DNA of 64,000 nt from Candidatus Latescibacterota bacterium. GTDB lineage: Bacteria > Latescibacterota > UBA2968. The notes under the pieces were generated by a model that saw only the letters and a program-made list of their open reading frames with translations, did no database searches and was not told the DNA's origin. Shown here piece by piece: positions 19,611-29,560 of this stretch (position 1 is its first letter; the number at the start of each line of letters is the position of its first letter). The DNA is taken from contig OZ242195.1 in the NCBI GenBank assembly GCA_965205975.1, forward strand, positions 128,001 through 192,000, written 5' to 3'. Position numbers and translations under genes: made by a program.

Positions 19611-20426
19611 TTAGTTTCTTTTTTCGGGAATGCTCCCTTCCTTAATCATGCGATTTTCTGGAGGGGCAGGTCGCTCCGGTGGGGTCGATGGTGGGGGATT
19701 TGCTGGCGAATTAGATGGTGGGGGATTTGCTGGCGAATTAGATGGTGGGGTACTCTCGCGGTTCATCGTTTTTTCCTCCAATGAAGAAATTTCATGAAAA
19801 TTATCTATTCGAATCCGGTGGATTTTTTCTGGTTTATTAAGATCCGCATACAGGAAAGGCACGCTACACACCAAGGCACTACATAGCGTAAAAATAAGAA
19901 ATAAATTGGCCGAATGCAACCTTTCAGATTTTGAGTCATTATTCCAGGTATTTTCATTTGTCGCTGAAATATACTTTTGGGACAAAAATTCTTGGAAATC
20001 TTGTTCCGCTAACTCCTCAGGTTCTGGATAGTCCTTTTCCCTGGGTTCTACACCATAATATTCCTCTAAAGACTTATAGTAATCAGATAAATTTCTATGA
20101 TGCTGAAGCAATTCGTCGTAGTAGGTTTTGAGCTCTCCAGGTGTCTCAATAAAAGCGTACGTGCGTCCATAAAAAGATCGTATAAGATGGTAAACGGCTT
20201 TTAAAAAGAATATCGTTGATATCCCTAAAAAAAGTAAAAAAATGAACGTGGTAGGAGTTGAGAAATCATAGGGAAATTCTTTTACAAAAAATCCTAATAG
20301 ACCCCCCAAAACAATTAAAACTCCTGTGGGTAAATTGAGGGATGTTCTGAGTTGATTTTTGCGTTCTATTTCCAACAAATACTGATCTTTGATAAAATCA
20401 AAATCCATTCCTATAGATTTCCTCAC
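19611..20426 (-). CDS. AT-rich 3-TM hypothetical membrane protein with Pro-rich C-terminal repeat
   Basis: 271-aa ORF with two N-terminal TMs plus one later TM; tail PPSNSPANP x2. Confidence 0.7.
   Translation of the reverse strand: MRKSIGMDFDFIKDQYLLEIERKNQLRTSLNLPTGVLIVLGGLLGFFVKEFPYDFSTPTTFIFLLFLGISTIFFLKAVYHLIRSFYGRTYAFIETPGELKTYYDELLQHHRNLSDYYKSLEEYYGVEPREKDYPEPEELAEQDFQEFLSQKYISATNENTWNNDSKSERLHSANLFLIFTLCSALVCSVPFLYADLNKPEKIHRIRIDNFHEISSLEEKTMNRESTPPSNSPANPPPSNSPANPPPSTPPERPAPPENRMIKEGSIPEKRN
19687..19750. repeat. 27-bp tandem repeat (2 exact copies + partial)
   Basis: GATGGTGGGGGATTTGCTGGCGAATTA at 19687 and 19714, partial at 19741. Confidence 0.95.
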
Positions 20427-20596
20427 CTAAGAACATTAGTATGGTTTAGAAGCTATTTTAAAATTTCTAACAGCGCAGACACTACCTGATGCCCAGTGTG
20501 GTGACTTTTCAGTAAATAATACGAGAGAAGGCAGTTCAATGCAACCTTGGATTCTTCATGGAAAGCCCAAACTGAGCCCCTTCTTGAACCGATTGC

Positions 20597-20625
20597 TTGA
20601 CGTATCTGATGGGTCTTTGTACATT
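20597..20625 (+). promoter_or_regulatory. Putative sigma70 promoter of PLD-helicase gene
   Basis: TTGACG-N17-TACATT, 65 bp upstream of ATG 20691. Confidence 0.5.
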
Positions 20626-20690
20626 GCCCTAATTCTTTTTGTGAATACCATGACTGAGTAACTTCATTTGATGATTTAAGGACACTATTT

Positions 20691-21570
20691 ATGACTACCC
20701 ATTCCGACCTCACATTCATCACAAATGAAAAAGGCCAAAATCTTCTTGAGCGGTTTAAGGTGCTGATCAAAGACACAGAATTTTTTGATGTCCTCGTCGG
20801 CTATTTTTATACCAGTGGTTTCCACGCGCTTTATCGATCACTGGAGAGAACGAAAAAGATCAGAATTCTCATCGGTATCAGCACGAATAGGCAAACACTC
20901 AATCTGATTGAGCAGGCACGCCAGCAAGAGCTTCAATTTTCCCACGCGGAGACGAAGGAGCATTTTTCCGATCTACTTATTGGAGAGATGGCAAATGTTG
21001 AAGATAACAAGAAGGTTGAACAAGGAGTGACAAAGTTTTTGGAGTGGCTGAAAATCGGAAAGTTGGAGATTAAGGCGTATCCCACGGAGAATATCCATGC
21101 CAAGCTCTACATCATGTCTTTCGGTGAGGACGACCGTGACGTTGGGCGTGTGATCACCGGGTCGAGCAACTTCACGCAGTCCGGCCTGGTAGATAATCTT
21201 GAGTTCAATGTAGAACTCAAGATGCGCTCCGATTATGACTTTGCCAGGCAGAAGTTTGAATATCTCTGGGGAAATGCTGTTGATGTGAAAGATAAATATA
21301 TTGAGACCATTCAGAAAAACACATGGCTTAATAATGCTATTACTCCCTACGAGCTTTATCTCAAGTTTCTCTATGAATATTTCAAGGATGAGCTTCGCCA
21401 AACCGATGAAGTGATCTTCAAGTACATTCCAACGGGGTTTAAGCGACTGGAATATCAGGAACAGGCCGTCCTGAACGCAAAAAAGATTCTTGAAGAGTAC
21501 GGTGGGGTTTTTATTTCAGATGTCGTGGGACTTGGAAAAACTTATGTATCCGCCATGCTGGCAGGCCAAT
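20691..21570 (+). pseudogene. PLD-nuclease + SF2/SNF2-type helicase (restriction/defence-associated), truncated by IS3
   Basis: LVGYF, IHAKLY and GSSNFT..GL..NLEFN (PLD motifs), YQEQAV...DVVGLGKT (Walker A); the frame runs into the IS end at 21571 before any DEAH motif. Confidence 0.85.
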
Positions 21571-21645
21571 TGTGGAGTTACCCCGCTTCGGTGGAGAGTT
21601 TAGGGCTTGTGTATCAAGCCTGTGATAGATGCAACTTTTCATAAG

Positions 21646-22107
21646 CTATCGGCGCATAGTAGGCGATGGAAGAATGCCTGCGATGCGGATTATACCATCC
21701 TTCCAAGTGGGTACATAAGTGATGTCAGCCACAGTGAGTTTATTGACCGTTGGCACAGTAAAGTCGCGCTTTACCAGATCAGGAGCCTTATCAGACCGTT
21801 GCGCCTTACGCGTCGTTTGCGTGCTCTTGCGGCGAGAAACGCCACAAATGCCCATCTCACGCATCAGACGCGCTACGCGCTTCTTACCTACAAGGATACC
21901 CATATCCATCAGGTCTTTAAAGATGCGAGGGGCACCATAGGTGCTATCTGATCGGGTATGAAAGGTCTTGATATGCTTCTTCAAGTCTGCATCAACCTTT
22001 GCTCGTTTAGAGGGTGGACCTGCTCGCCAGGCATAATACCCACTGAGGGAAACACCCAGGACTCGGCATTGCGTGGCGATAGGCCAAAGGGCCTGGTGCG
22101 CTTTCAC
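21646..22107 (-). pseudogene. IS3 transposase OrfB, catalytic core deleted
   Basis: CRVLGVS.SGYYAW, TYGAPRI, KRVARLM, ADITYVPT, then jumps out of frame into C-terminal WYNPHRRHSSIAY. Confidence 0.88.
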
Positions 22108-22418
22108 GAACGCGAAGATTTTCCAGGGATCGCGTCGGTCTCCGCTGCGAACCAGGCCGCTGCTTTTGACAATATCTCGCGCTCGATGCGCAACTGCTTA
22201 TTCTCACGTCGAAGACGACGTAACTCTTCGCGCTCATCGCTCTTCAGACCATCTTCTCGAAGGCCCTCATCTCGATCAGCCTGGCGTATCCAGTTTTGGA
22301 TCGTCTGAGCGGTTGGCTCAAACTCTTTGGCCAACTCGGATGGAGAGCGACCAGCGCGCACAAGCTCAACGATCTGGCGCTTCAACTCGGATGGATAAGG
22401 CGGACGTGTTGGTGGCAT
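22104..22418 (-). CDS. IS3 transposase OrfA
   Basis: YPSELKRQIVELV...LAKEF...TIQNW HTH and ELRRLRREN..L..EREILSKAAAWFA leucine zipper. Confidence 0.93.
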   Translation of the reverse strand: MPPTRPPYPSELKRQIVELVRAGRSPSELAKEFEPTAQTIQNWIRQADRDEGLREDGLKSDEREELRRLRRENKQLRIEREILSKAAAWFAAETDAIPGKSSRS

Positions 22419-22476
22419 AGTGGGTCTCCTTTCTTACTACTCATAAGGTACCCACCGAAACGGGTCAAGTCCATCA

Positions 22477-22631
22477 GAAAGTTACTACTTAAAGATGAGA
22501 AGTTTGCTCACATCCGCTACCTTGATCCTGAGAATCAAAAAAGCCAAAAGAAGCAACTCTATAATCCCAACATTCTGCAAGAGTTGGATAAGTATTACCG
22601 GAAGCATGAGAAGTCTGATAAGCGCTCGTGA
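22477..22631 (+). pseudogene. C-terminal remnant of an AT-rich gene cut by the IS
   Basis: Open frame RKLLLKDEKFAHIRYLDPENQKSQKKQLYNPNILQELDKYYRKHEKSDKRS* begins exactly at the IS end. Confidence 0.55.
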
Positions 22632-22821
22632 TTTCTTGCTATATTCGCTATGCGTAGTGTTATTATCTCCTGATCCGGAACTATGGGTATCTTGATAGTG
22701 CCGAAACCAAACCCATTATGAAAAACCAAAATGTAATCGGAAGATCAGCAAATCGTGGATCTGTGGACTTGATAGATATTGCTGAACAAGGTGTGGATGA
22801 ATAGTTTTGATAGGTATCACA

Positions 22822-24255
22822 ATGGCAAGGTCTCGTCCCAATATCGTACTTGTAATGTGCGACCAGATGCGCTGGGATGCGGCTGGTTTTGCGGGTAGTT
22901 CTGTTGTTCACACGCCCCATCTGGATCGTCTATCCGAGGGTGGTGTGTGCTTTGAAAATGCCTATTGCGCTTCTCCTGTTTGTTCGCCCGCTCGGGCGAG
23001 TTGGTTAACCGGGTGCTATCCCCATGCTCACTTGCAATTGCGAAATTACGGGCCACAACGAGGAAAAGACTGGGGGAGTTATCTGCCGCAGGACCGCGTT
23101 ACAATGGGGGATGTTTTGAAACGCGCGGGATATCGCTGTGGCATGGTTGGTCCGTGGCATCTGGGCGATGATCATGCCCCGCAACACGGGTTTGAGGATT
23201 TCTGGCAGACCTATCGATATCTCGGCGACGAATATACAGATCCTCTTTTCGATTATTTCGAACGCGAGGGGGTACCCAATCTCTACAGCGATAAGGAAGC
23301 CGTCACGCAATACGGAAATATTCTGGCGTTTACGACACTTACAGATCCGCGACAGCAGCGTACGACCTGGACGGTTGACCGCGCGATTGATTTTTTGCGC
23401 CAGCGAGAAGATGACCCGTTTTTTCTTTTTGTGAGTGTTAAGGATCCGCATCCCCTCATCGTTATCCCACCCGAATTGCTTGAACTCTATCCGGTAGATC
23501 AAATGCCCTTGCCTGATTCTCTGCGAGACCCACTTGAGGGTAAACCGGATTTTCAAACCCGCACAAAATTTCGCATGCCCAATACAGTGACAGATCGGCA
23601 GTTCCGCGAGATGATGGCGTACTATTACGCCCTGATCACCCATATTGATGCGGAGGTCGGGCGTCTGATTGGCGTTCTTGAAGAACAGAATATGCGCGAC
23701 AATACGCTCGTGGTTTTTATGAGCGATCACGGCGAACTGCTCGGCGATCACGGTTGCACAGAAAAGTGTCTGATGTACGAAGCCTCGGTCAGAGTTCCTT
23801 GTCTGCTTTCGTGGCCGCGTGCGCTCCCAATGGGTTTGCGCGTGACGACCCCGCTTGCCGGTGTTGATTTGATGCCGACTTTGCTCGATCTGGCAAACGA
23901 GGCGTTGCCCGAGAAAATCGATGGTCGTTCCGTTGCGGACGCGATCCTGAATGGTCGGCAGCCGAAACCTCAGCCCATTTTTGCCGAAATAGCCAGCCAG
24001 GAAGCCATTTATTGGGGGTCAACAGAAAGGGAGCAGTTTGCCGCGCATGTGATGAATTTCGATGGTCGCTGGAAGTATATTCGCAATCGTTTTGATATCG
24101 ATGAATTGTACGATTTAGAGACAGATCCGGGCGAAATGCAAAATCTCGCGCAGCTTTCCGAATATCAACCGCGCATTATAGCTATGCGCCAGCAAATCGC
24201 CGAGATGATTTGCCATACAGGCCCTGGTCCCTACGACTGGTGTTTGCAAGTGTAG
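22822..24255 (+). CDS. Cys-type sulfatase (choline-sulfatase-like)
   Basis: PNIVLVMCDQMR, CSPAR, DPHP, SDHGE, YEASVRVP, ELYDLETDPGE. Confidence 0.93.
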   Translation: MARSRPNIVLVMCDQMRWDAAGFAGSSVVHTPHLDRLSEGGVCFENAYCASPVCSPARASWLTGCYPHAHLQLRNYGPQRGKDWGSYLPQDRVTMGDVLKRAGYRCGMVGPWHLGDDHAPQHGFEDFWQTYRYLGDEYTDPLFDYFEREGVPNLYSDKEAVTQYGNILAFTTLTDPRQQRTTWTVDRAIDFLRQREDDPFFLFVSVKDPHPLIVIPPELLELYPVDQMPLPDSLRDPLEGKPDFQTRTKFRMPNTVTDRQFREMMAYYYALITHIDAEVGRLIGVLEEQNMRDNTLVVFMSDHGELLGDHGCTEKCLMYEASVRVPCLLSWPRALPMGLRVTTPLAGVDLMPTLLDLANEALPEKIDGRSVADAILNGRQPKPQPIFAEIASQEAIYWGSTEREQFAAHVMNFDGRWKYIRNRFDIDELYDLETDPGEMQNLAQLSEYQPRIIAMRQQIAEMICHTGPGPYDWCLQV

Positions 24256-24278
24256 ATAGCGCGCGAAAAGGAGGACTG

Positions 24279-25226
24279 ATGAGGGAATCAACAGATCTTG
24301 CGGAGGATGGTGCTATTCCATTTGAGGTGTTTGCGGGTTTTGAGCGGCTTGAGGATGTTAACCCTATCATTGCCTGCGAGCCGCCAGAGTGGGCAGCCGC
24401 AGCCCATGCATTTGTGATGGATGATACGGTGCACTATTTGTGGGGAAGAAGAAAAGAAGGCAATTATTGGGTTTTAATGCATAGCACAGCTCCGGTGAAA
24501 GATCCCGCAAAGATCGCGCACGATTCGCGCAATCCCGTGCTTTTGCCTTCGGGCGAGGGGTTTGACGATTATACAATCGAATATCCTTTTCCGTTTTGGA
24601 ATCCCGCCGATGGCAGGTTTTATGTTTATTATTTGGGGCGACGACAAAAGCCGCCAAAGCAGACTGGTCTATTGGTGGGCGATGGCGATTTTGGCAAGTG
24701 GACGCGCGTTTGTCAGACGCCTGTGATTGCCTCAGATACCGCGCATGAGCGGCAGGGTTCGTCGCATCCCTCGGTTGTGGTGGTAGATGATACCATACAT
24801 ATCATTTATACGGGGGAGTCGGCAGAGCCGCCGACCTTATGCCACGCGACCGCGCCGACAAGCGATCCCGCGGCTGTTACCAAAGATTCCGCAAATCCCA
24901 TTTTTACGGGTAGCGGAGAAATGTGGGATAGTTGTGGTGTCCGAGAGGCTGAGATTTTTAAGGGTCCACAGTATTTCCATCTCTTTTACGGGGGGTCCGA
25001 TGGCGAGGCCTGGCGGATTGGGCATGTGCGAACGCGCGATTTTCGCACCTTTGAACCCAATCCACACAATCCAATTTTTTCGCCCTCGCCAGATCCCGAT
25101 GCATGGGACTGCGACGGGATACTAACGCCTCAGGTGATTGAAATTGACAACCGCTACTACATGGTCTATGCGGGTATGCGGGGGCGTGAGTGGCAGACGG
25201 GACTCGCGGTAACGCGATCTGTATGA
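24279..25226 (+). CDS. Five-bladed beta-propeller glycosidase-like protein (GH32/43/130 clan)
   Basis: Repeated NP(V/I)..P....WD blades and YYMVYAG. Confidence 0.7.
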   Translation: MRESTDLAEDGAIPFEVFAGFERLEDVNPIIACEPPEWAAAAHAFVMDDTVHYLWGRRKEGNYWVLMHSTAPVKDPAKIAHDSRNPVLLPSGEGFDDYTIEYPFPFWNPADGRFYVYYLGRRQKPPKQTGLLVGDGDFGKWTRVCQTPVIASDTAHERQGSSHPSVVVVDDTIHIIYTGESAEPPTLCHATAPTSDPAAVTKDSANPIFTGSGEMWDSCGVREAEIFKGPQYFHLFYGGSDGEAWRIGHVRTRDFRTFEPNPHNPIFSPSPDPDAWDCDGILTPQVIEIDNRYYMVYAGMRGREWQTGLAVTRSV

Positions 25227-25227
25227 C

Positions 25228-26328
25228 TCAGTCTTTCAGAACGCGGTTGGGCGTGTACTGGTTTGTGTAGTGACGCATGTTTCCCACGGCGTTGTTCTGT
25301 TTGATGGCGTCAGCGGGGAAGGTATGGAGAAACCAGTTGTTGTAGATTTCAGCACTTTCCTGGGGGATACCCCGAATGACTACGGCGGGTACACTAACGG
25401 CGCGAAAGGTGTTGTGGTGGATTAACATAAGATCGCCAGCGATGTGCGTATCGTCACCGCGATCCCGGCCGCCGTGCATGTCAAAGCTGTGGCTGTTGGC
25501 ATTTTCCAAAATCAGGTTGTAACGGGCTTCGTAGCTGGTGCCAGGTCTTCCAGTGCCTGCAATGTGGTGGCGGCACCAGTCGAACAAATTGGCTTCGATA
25601 AGGGCGTTGGATTGGTCCAGCACCACGCCGTAGCCCAGGCCGTAGCGCTGATTGTGGTGAAAGTAGTTGTGATGGATGTGGTTGTCCGTTGAGCCTGCCC
25701 GCAGGAAGATCGCGGCGTGGCTCCAGCCCCAGAGTTCGCAGTTATCGACTTCGAGGTTGGGATATTCGGTCTGGATGGCGCGGGAGTTGGGTATGCTGTA
25801 GTAGCGCCCTTCGGCATGGAGTTGTCTCATTTGCTCGGTGCGTCTGAGGGTGTCCGGTCCCCGGAAGCGAAGGCCGGTGATGCGGATGTTGGGTCCGGCG
25901 GCGATAAAGAGGGGTATGGTTTCGAGTTGTTTGGAGTAGAGCAGGGCGCCCTGGGAGCCGGGTTTGCCCCGGCCGCTGGCGAGCGTGACGCCTCCGCGTA
26001 TGGTGATGTTCTGATGTCCAGTCAGGTCGATTCTGATGGTATCTACTATATAGACTATCTGGTTGGGACCGGCGAACTGGAGAGCGTCGAACAGTTCCAT
26101 GCGGTTTGTGACCAGGAATACAGATGGGTCAACCAGGCGGTTATAGCCCTCGCCACCGCCGATGGGATTGCCAGTGGGGTTGATGTCGGCACCGAATTTG
26201 TCATCTGAAAGCAGGGGTTTTTCCTGCTGTCCGTTGCCATCTGATGTATCGGGATTGAGAGGTTTTTCTTTTTCAGAACAGGCAAACAGAAGGAGCAAGG
26301 CGGTGAGATATCTAAGCGTTCTTGACAT
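25228..26328 (-). CDS. Lipoprotein with right-handed parallel beta-helix
   Basis: Lipobox LFAC; repeated IHHN(Y/T)F, IEANLF, EVDNCE beta-helix rungs. Confidence 0.75.
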   Translation of the reverse strand: MSRTLRYLTALLLLFACSEKEKPLNPDTSDGNGQQEKPLLSDDKFGADINPTGNPIGGGEGYNRLVDPSVFLVTNRMELFDALQFAGPNQIVYIVDTIRIDLTGHQNITIRGGVTLASGRGKPGSQGALLYSKQLETIPLFIAAGPNIRITGLRFRGPDTLRRTEQMRQLHAEGRYYSIPNSRAIQTEYPNLEVDNCELWGWSHAAIFLRAGSTDNHIHHNYFHHNQRYGLGYGVVLDQSNALIEANLFDWCRHHIAGTGRPGTSYEARYNLILENANSHSFDMHGGRDRGDDTHIAGDLMLIHHNTFRAVSVPAVVIRGIPQESAEIYNNWFLHTFPADAIKQNNAVGNMRHYTNQYTPNRVLKD

Positions 26329-26449
26329 GTCAATCTCCTTCTTTATTTCAAAATGATTGATCAATCAAAAACTACGGCAATTCAGCCGATTGATCAAGTC
26401 GAATAGAAGTCCTATCAACACGGGACCACTCAAGAGAAAGGAGTTCGCA

Positions 26450-27418
26450 ATGCGCGATATTGTGGTCTTTAGCGGGAACGCACATCGTCAATTGGCAGAG
26501 CATATATGCCAGTATCTGAGCGTGCCTCTTAGTCAGAGCACGATTAACCGCTTCAGTAACGATTGCATTCAGGTGCAGTTAAACGCCAATTGTCGGGAGG
26601 CCGATGTCTTTCTGATTCAGCCTCTTGTGCCACTTGTCCAGGACCATCTCATGGAACTCCTGCAGATGCTGGACGCGGCACGCGGGGCATCGGCTGCCCG
26701 TACGACGGCCGTTATTCCATACTACAGTTACGCGCGGTCAGATAAAAAGGATGCGCCTCGCATTTCTATTGCAGGGAGACTGGTGGCAGATTTGATTGAT
26801 ACGGCAGGTGCAAATCGGGTGCTCACGATGACTCTCCACGCGCCGCAGGTACATGGATTTTTTCGCATTCCCGTCGATCATCTCAATGCTCTCCATGTGT
26901 TGGCGAGATATTTTCGGGGCAAAGACCTGGCGGATACGGTCGTTGTTTCACCCGATCTTGGAGGCGCAAAGGAGGCAACGCATTTTGCCCGCCTGCTCAA
27001 GTTGCCCGTAGCTGCCGGAATCAAACGCCGCATCAGTGATGAAAAAGTCGTGATTGATTCAATTGTCGGCGATGTAGATGGGAAGAAGGTGATTGTTCTG
27101 GACGAGGAGATAGCTACGGGGGGAACACTTGTGGAGCTTGTTGATCGCCTTCGGGAGCGCGGCGTTAATCACATCACGGTATCCTGCACACATGGTCTTT
27201 TTACGGGACAGGCACTGCCGCGTTTGAGTGCAATTGCAGAAGTGAAGGAATTGGTGACGACAGATACGGTTCCGCTTCCTTCGCAGAGCCAATGTCCTCC
27301 CAATCTGACTACTCTATCCGTGGCACCTCTCCTGGGTGAGGCGATCCGCAGGATACACCACGGGGAATCGGTCAGCAGCCTGTTCACGGCTCCTGATTGG
27401 ATCGTGGATACGGGATAG
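26450..27418 (+). CDS. prs: Ribose-phosphate pyrophosphokinase
   Basis: [40 protein letters not shown]. Confidence 0.93.
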   Translation: MRDIVVFSGNAHRQLAEHICQYLSVPLSQSTINRFSNDCIQVQLNANCREADVFLIQPLVPLVQDHLMELLQMLDAARGASAARTTAVIPYYSYARSDKKDAPRISIAGRLVADLIDTAGANRVLTMTLHAPQVHGFFRIPVDHLNALHVLARYFRGKDLADTVVVSPDLGGAKEATHFARLLKLPVAAGIKRRISDEKVVIDSIVGDVDGKKVIVLDEEIATGGTLVELVDRLRERGVNHITVSCTHGLFTGQALPRLSAIAEVKELVTTDTVPLPSQSQCPPNLTTLSVAPLLGEAIRRIHHGESVSSLFTAPDWIVDTG

Positions 27419-27428
27419 GAAAAAGATC

Positions 27429-28112
27429 ATGAAAAAGAAAGCAGTTGTCTTGCTCAGTGGTGGTTTGGATTCTACTACAACGCTGGCCATTGCGACAGAC
27501 AAAGGGTACGCGTGTTATGCGATTACTTTTTGTTACGGGCAACGACACGAAACCGAACTCGATTGTGCGAAAAAAATTGCCGCTCATTTTGGCGTACGAG
27601 ATCACGTTATTGCCAATATTGATTCGCGCGCTTTTGGTGGTTCGGCATTAACCGATGATATCGATGTGCCCAAAAATCGAGACGAGAGCGAAATGTCCGA
27701 TGGTATCCCGGTCACTTATGTACCCGCTCGCAATACGATTTTTCTTTCTTACGCGCTTGCAATGGCCGAATCTCTCGATATCCGCGATATCTTTATCGGT
27801 GTCAATGCGATTGATTACAGTGGTTATCCCGATTGCCGCCCCGAATATATCGCCGCGTTTCAAAACATGGCGAATCTCGCCACCAAAGCCGGTGTTGAAG
27901 GGGATGCGTTCACCATTCACACGCCGCTTATTGATCTGACCAAGGTCGAGATTATCAAATGCGGGTTAGAACTCGGCGTTGATTACGCTATGACCTGCAC
28001 CTGTTACGATCCCGATACAGAAGGTCGCGCGTGCGGGCAGTGCGACGCCTGCTTATTGCGCTTGCAGGGGTTTGCTCAGAATGATATGAAAGATCCGGTG
28101 GCTTATCGGTAA
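27429..28112 (+). CDS. queC: 7-cyano-7-deazaguanine synthase
   Basis: [39 protein letters not shown]. Confidence 0.97.
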   Translation: MKKKAVVLLSGGLDSTTTLAIATDKGYACYAITFCYGQRHETELDCAKKIAAHFGVRDHVIANIDSRAFGGSALTDDIDVPKNRDESEMSDGIPVTYVPARNTIFLSYALAMAESLDIRDIFIGVNAIDYSGYPDCRPEYIAAFQNMANLATKAGVEGDAFTIHTPLIDLTKVEIIKCGLELGVDYAMTCTCYDPDTEGRACGQCDACLLRLQGFAQNDMKDPVAYR

Positions 28113-28211
28113 GAGGTGGTTCTTCATTGCCGCAATGTACGCTTGCTAAATACATGCGGATTTACGATCTTACAAAGTCGTTATCTCATTCACATTCAAA
28201 GAATTGTGTTT

Positions 28212-29549
28212 ATGCCACCTCTCTCACTCGATCAACTTATCGCCGATTATTGCGATCAAAACGCACACTCGCAACGTCTTTTCAAGCGTGCACAAGAAGT
28301 TTTGCCCGGCGGCAATACGCGCACCGGTGTTTTTGTCAATCCCTTCCCGATTTACGCGGACCGGGGTGAGGGTGTTTATATCGATGATGTCGATGGCAAC
28401 CGCCGTCTCGACTTTGTCAATAACGCCACCGCCCTCATCCTGGGTCACGCGCATCCCGCTGTGAGCGATGCCCTGCGCGAGCGTATCAATAGTGGTACGG
28501 CCTTTTTTGGTCCTACCCAACTCGAAATCGAATGGGCAGAACTCCTGCGCGAGCGCGTTCCTTCTCTCGAACATCTGCGCTTTTGCAGTTCGGGTACCGA
28601 GTCTGTGGGCAATGCTCTGCGCGTTGCCCGCGCTTTTACGGGGCGTCAAAAAATTGCCAAATTCGAAGGTGCATATCACGGTATTGACGATCCGGCTCTC
28701 ATAAGCTATGTGCCACCTGTTACTCCCGATCTCGGTCCCGAAGAAGCGCCCAATTCGGTGCTTTCTTCTGCCGGTCTTGCACCCGCGACGGCTGAAAATG
28801 TCCTCGTTTTGCCCTTTAATAACGCGCGCGCTTGTGAACATCTCATTCGCCAACATGCGGAAGAACTCGCGTGCGTCATTATTGACCCGCTTTCTACGGC
28901 TGCTGGTATGGCTTTGCCGGATTCCGAGTTTCTCACGCTCTTGCGCAATGTGACGCGGGAACTTGAGATTCTTCTCATTTTTGACGAAATTGTCAGTTTT
29001 CGAATGACGTCGGGCGGCACACAGGCGGCGTATAATATCACGCCCGATATGACCTGTCTGGCGAAGGTCATTGCTGGCGGCACTCCGGCTGGTGCTTTTG
29101 GTGGTCGCAAAGATGTGATGGCGCTGTACGATCCCACTTCTGGATCACCTGCGATTCCTCAATCTGGCACGTATAATGGCAATCCTCTCGTGGCCATCGC
29201 TGGTCTTATGACTCTTAAAACCATGACTTCCGATGCATATCGCCACATCGACTCGCTCACCGAATACATTGCCGCTGGTCTCAAGGACGCTTTTAAAAGT
29301 GCCAGTATTCCGGCCACTATTGTCACTGCTGGCTCACTGTTTCGCATCTACTTTCTCGACCATACACCTGCCAATTATCGCCAGGCCGCACAAGACAGTA
29401 GCGAAAAACACCGCTGGCTCTATTTCTATCTTTTAAACCACGGTATTGTCATCCGCCAGGGTGGCTGTGTTTCTCTTCCCATGACGAGCAAACACGCCGA
29501 TGATTTGATCAACTGCGTGCGTGAGGGATTGCGCGTTTGGCCCTATTAA
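28212..29549 (+). CDS. Class III PLP aminotransferase (glutamate-1-semialdehyde aminomutase-like)
   Basis: LPGGNTR, DVDGN, LGHAHP, SGTE, KFEGAYHG, FDEIV.FR, LAKVIAGG, GTYNGNP. Confidence 0.88.
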   Translation: MPPLSLDQLIADYCDQNAHSQRLFKRAQEVLPGGNTRTGVFVNPFPIYADRGEGVYIDDVDGNRRLDFVNNATALILGHAHPAVSDALRERINSGTAFFGPTQLEIEWAELLRERVPSLEHLRFCSSGTESVGNALRVARAFTGRQKIAKFEGAYHGIDDPALISYVPPVTPDLGPEEAPNSVLSSAGLAPATAENVLVLPFNNARACEHLIRQHAEELACVIIDPLSTAAGMALPDSEFLTLLRNVTRELEILLIFDEIVSFRMTSGGTQAAYNITPDMTCLAKVIAGGTPAGAFGGRKDVMALYDPTSGSPAIPQSGTYNGNPLVAIAGLMTLKTMTSDAYRHIDSLTEYIAAGLKDAFKSASIPATIVTAGSLFRIYFLDHTPANYRQAAQDSSEKHRWLYFYLLNHGIVIRQGGCVSLPMTSKHADDLINCVREGLRVWPY

Positions 29550-29560
29550 TCCAAAAATAA

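Larger units (their letters stand above)
21571..22476 (-). mobile_element. IS3-family insertion sequence, internally deleted (906 bp)
   Basis: TG...CA ends with imperfect inverted repeats TGTGGAGTTACCCCGCTTCGGTGG / TGATGGACTTGACCCGTTTCGGTGG; orfA + orfB. Confidence 0.92.

Noticed and set aside
19687..19750. CRISPR-like repeat
   Set aside because: Copies are contiguous with no spacers, in frame within a CDS, and there are no cas genes
27429..28112. queC as part of a 7-deazaguanine DNA-modification or QatABCD defence system
   Set aside because: Canonical length and motifs; no dpd/qat neighbours
28212..29549. hemL assignment (given nearby hemJ)
   Set aside because: Lacks hallmark HemL stretches such as PGGVNSPVR and has DP rather than EP; treated as a GSA-like paralogue
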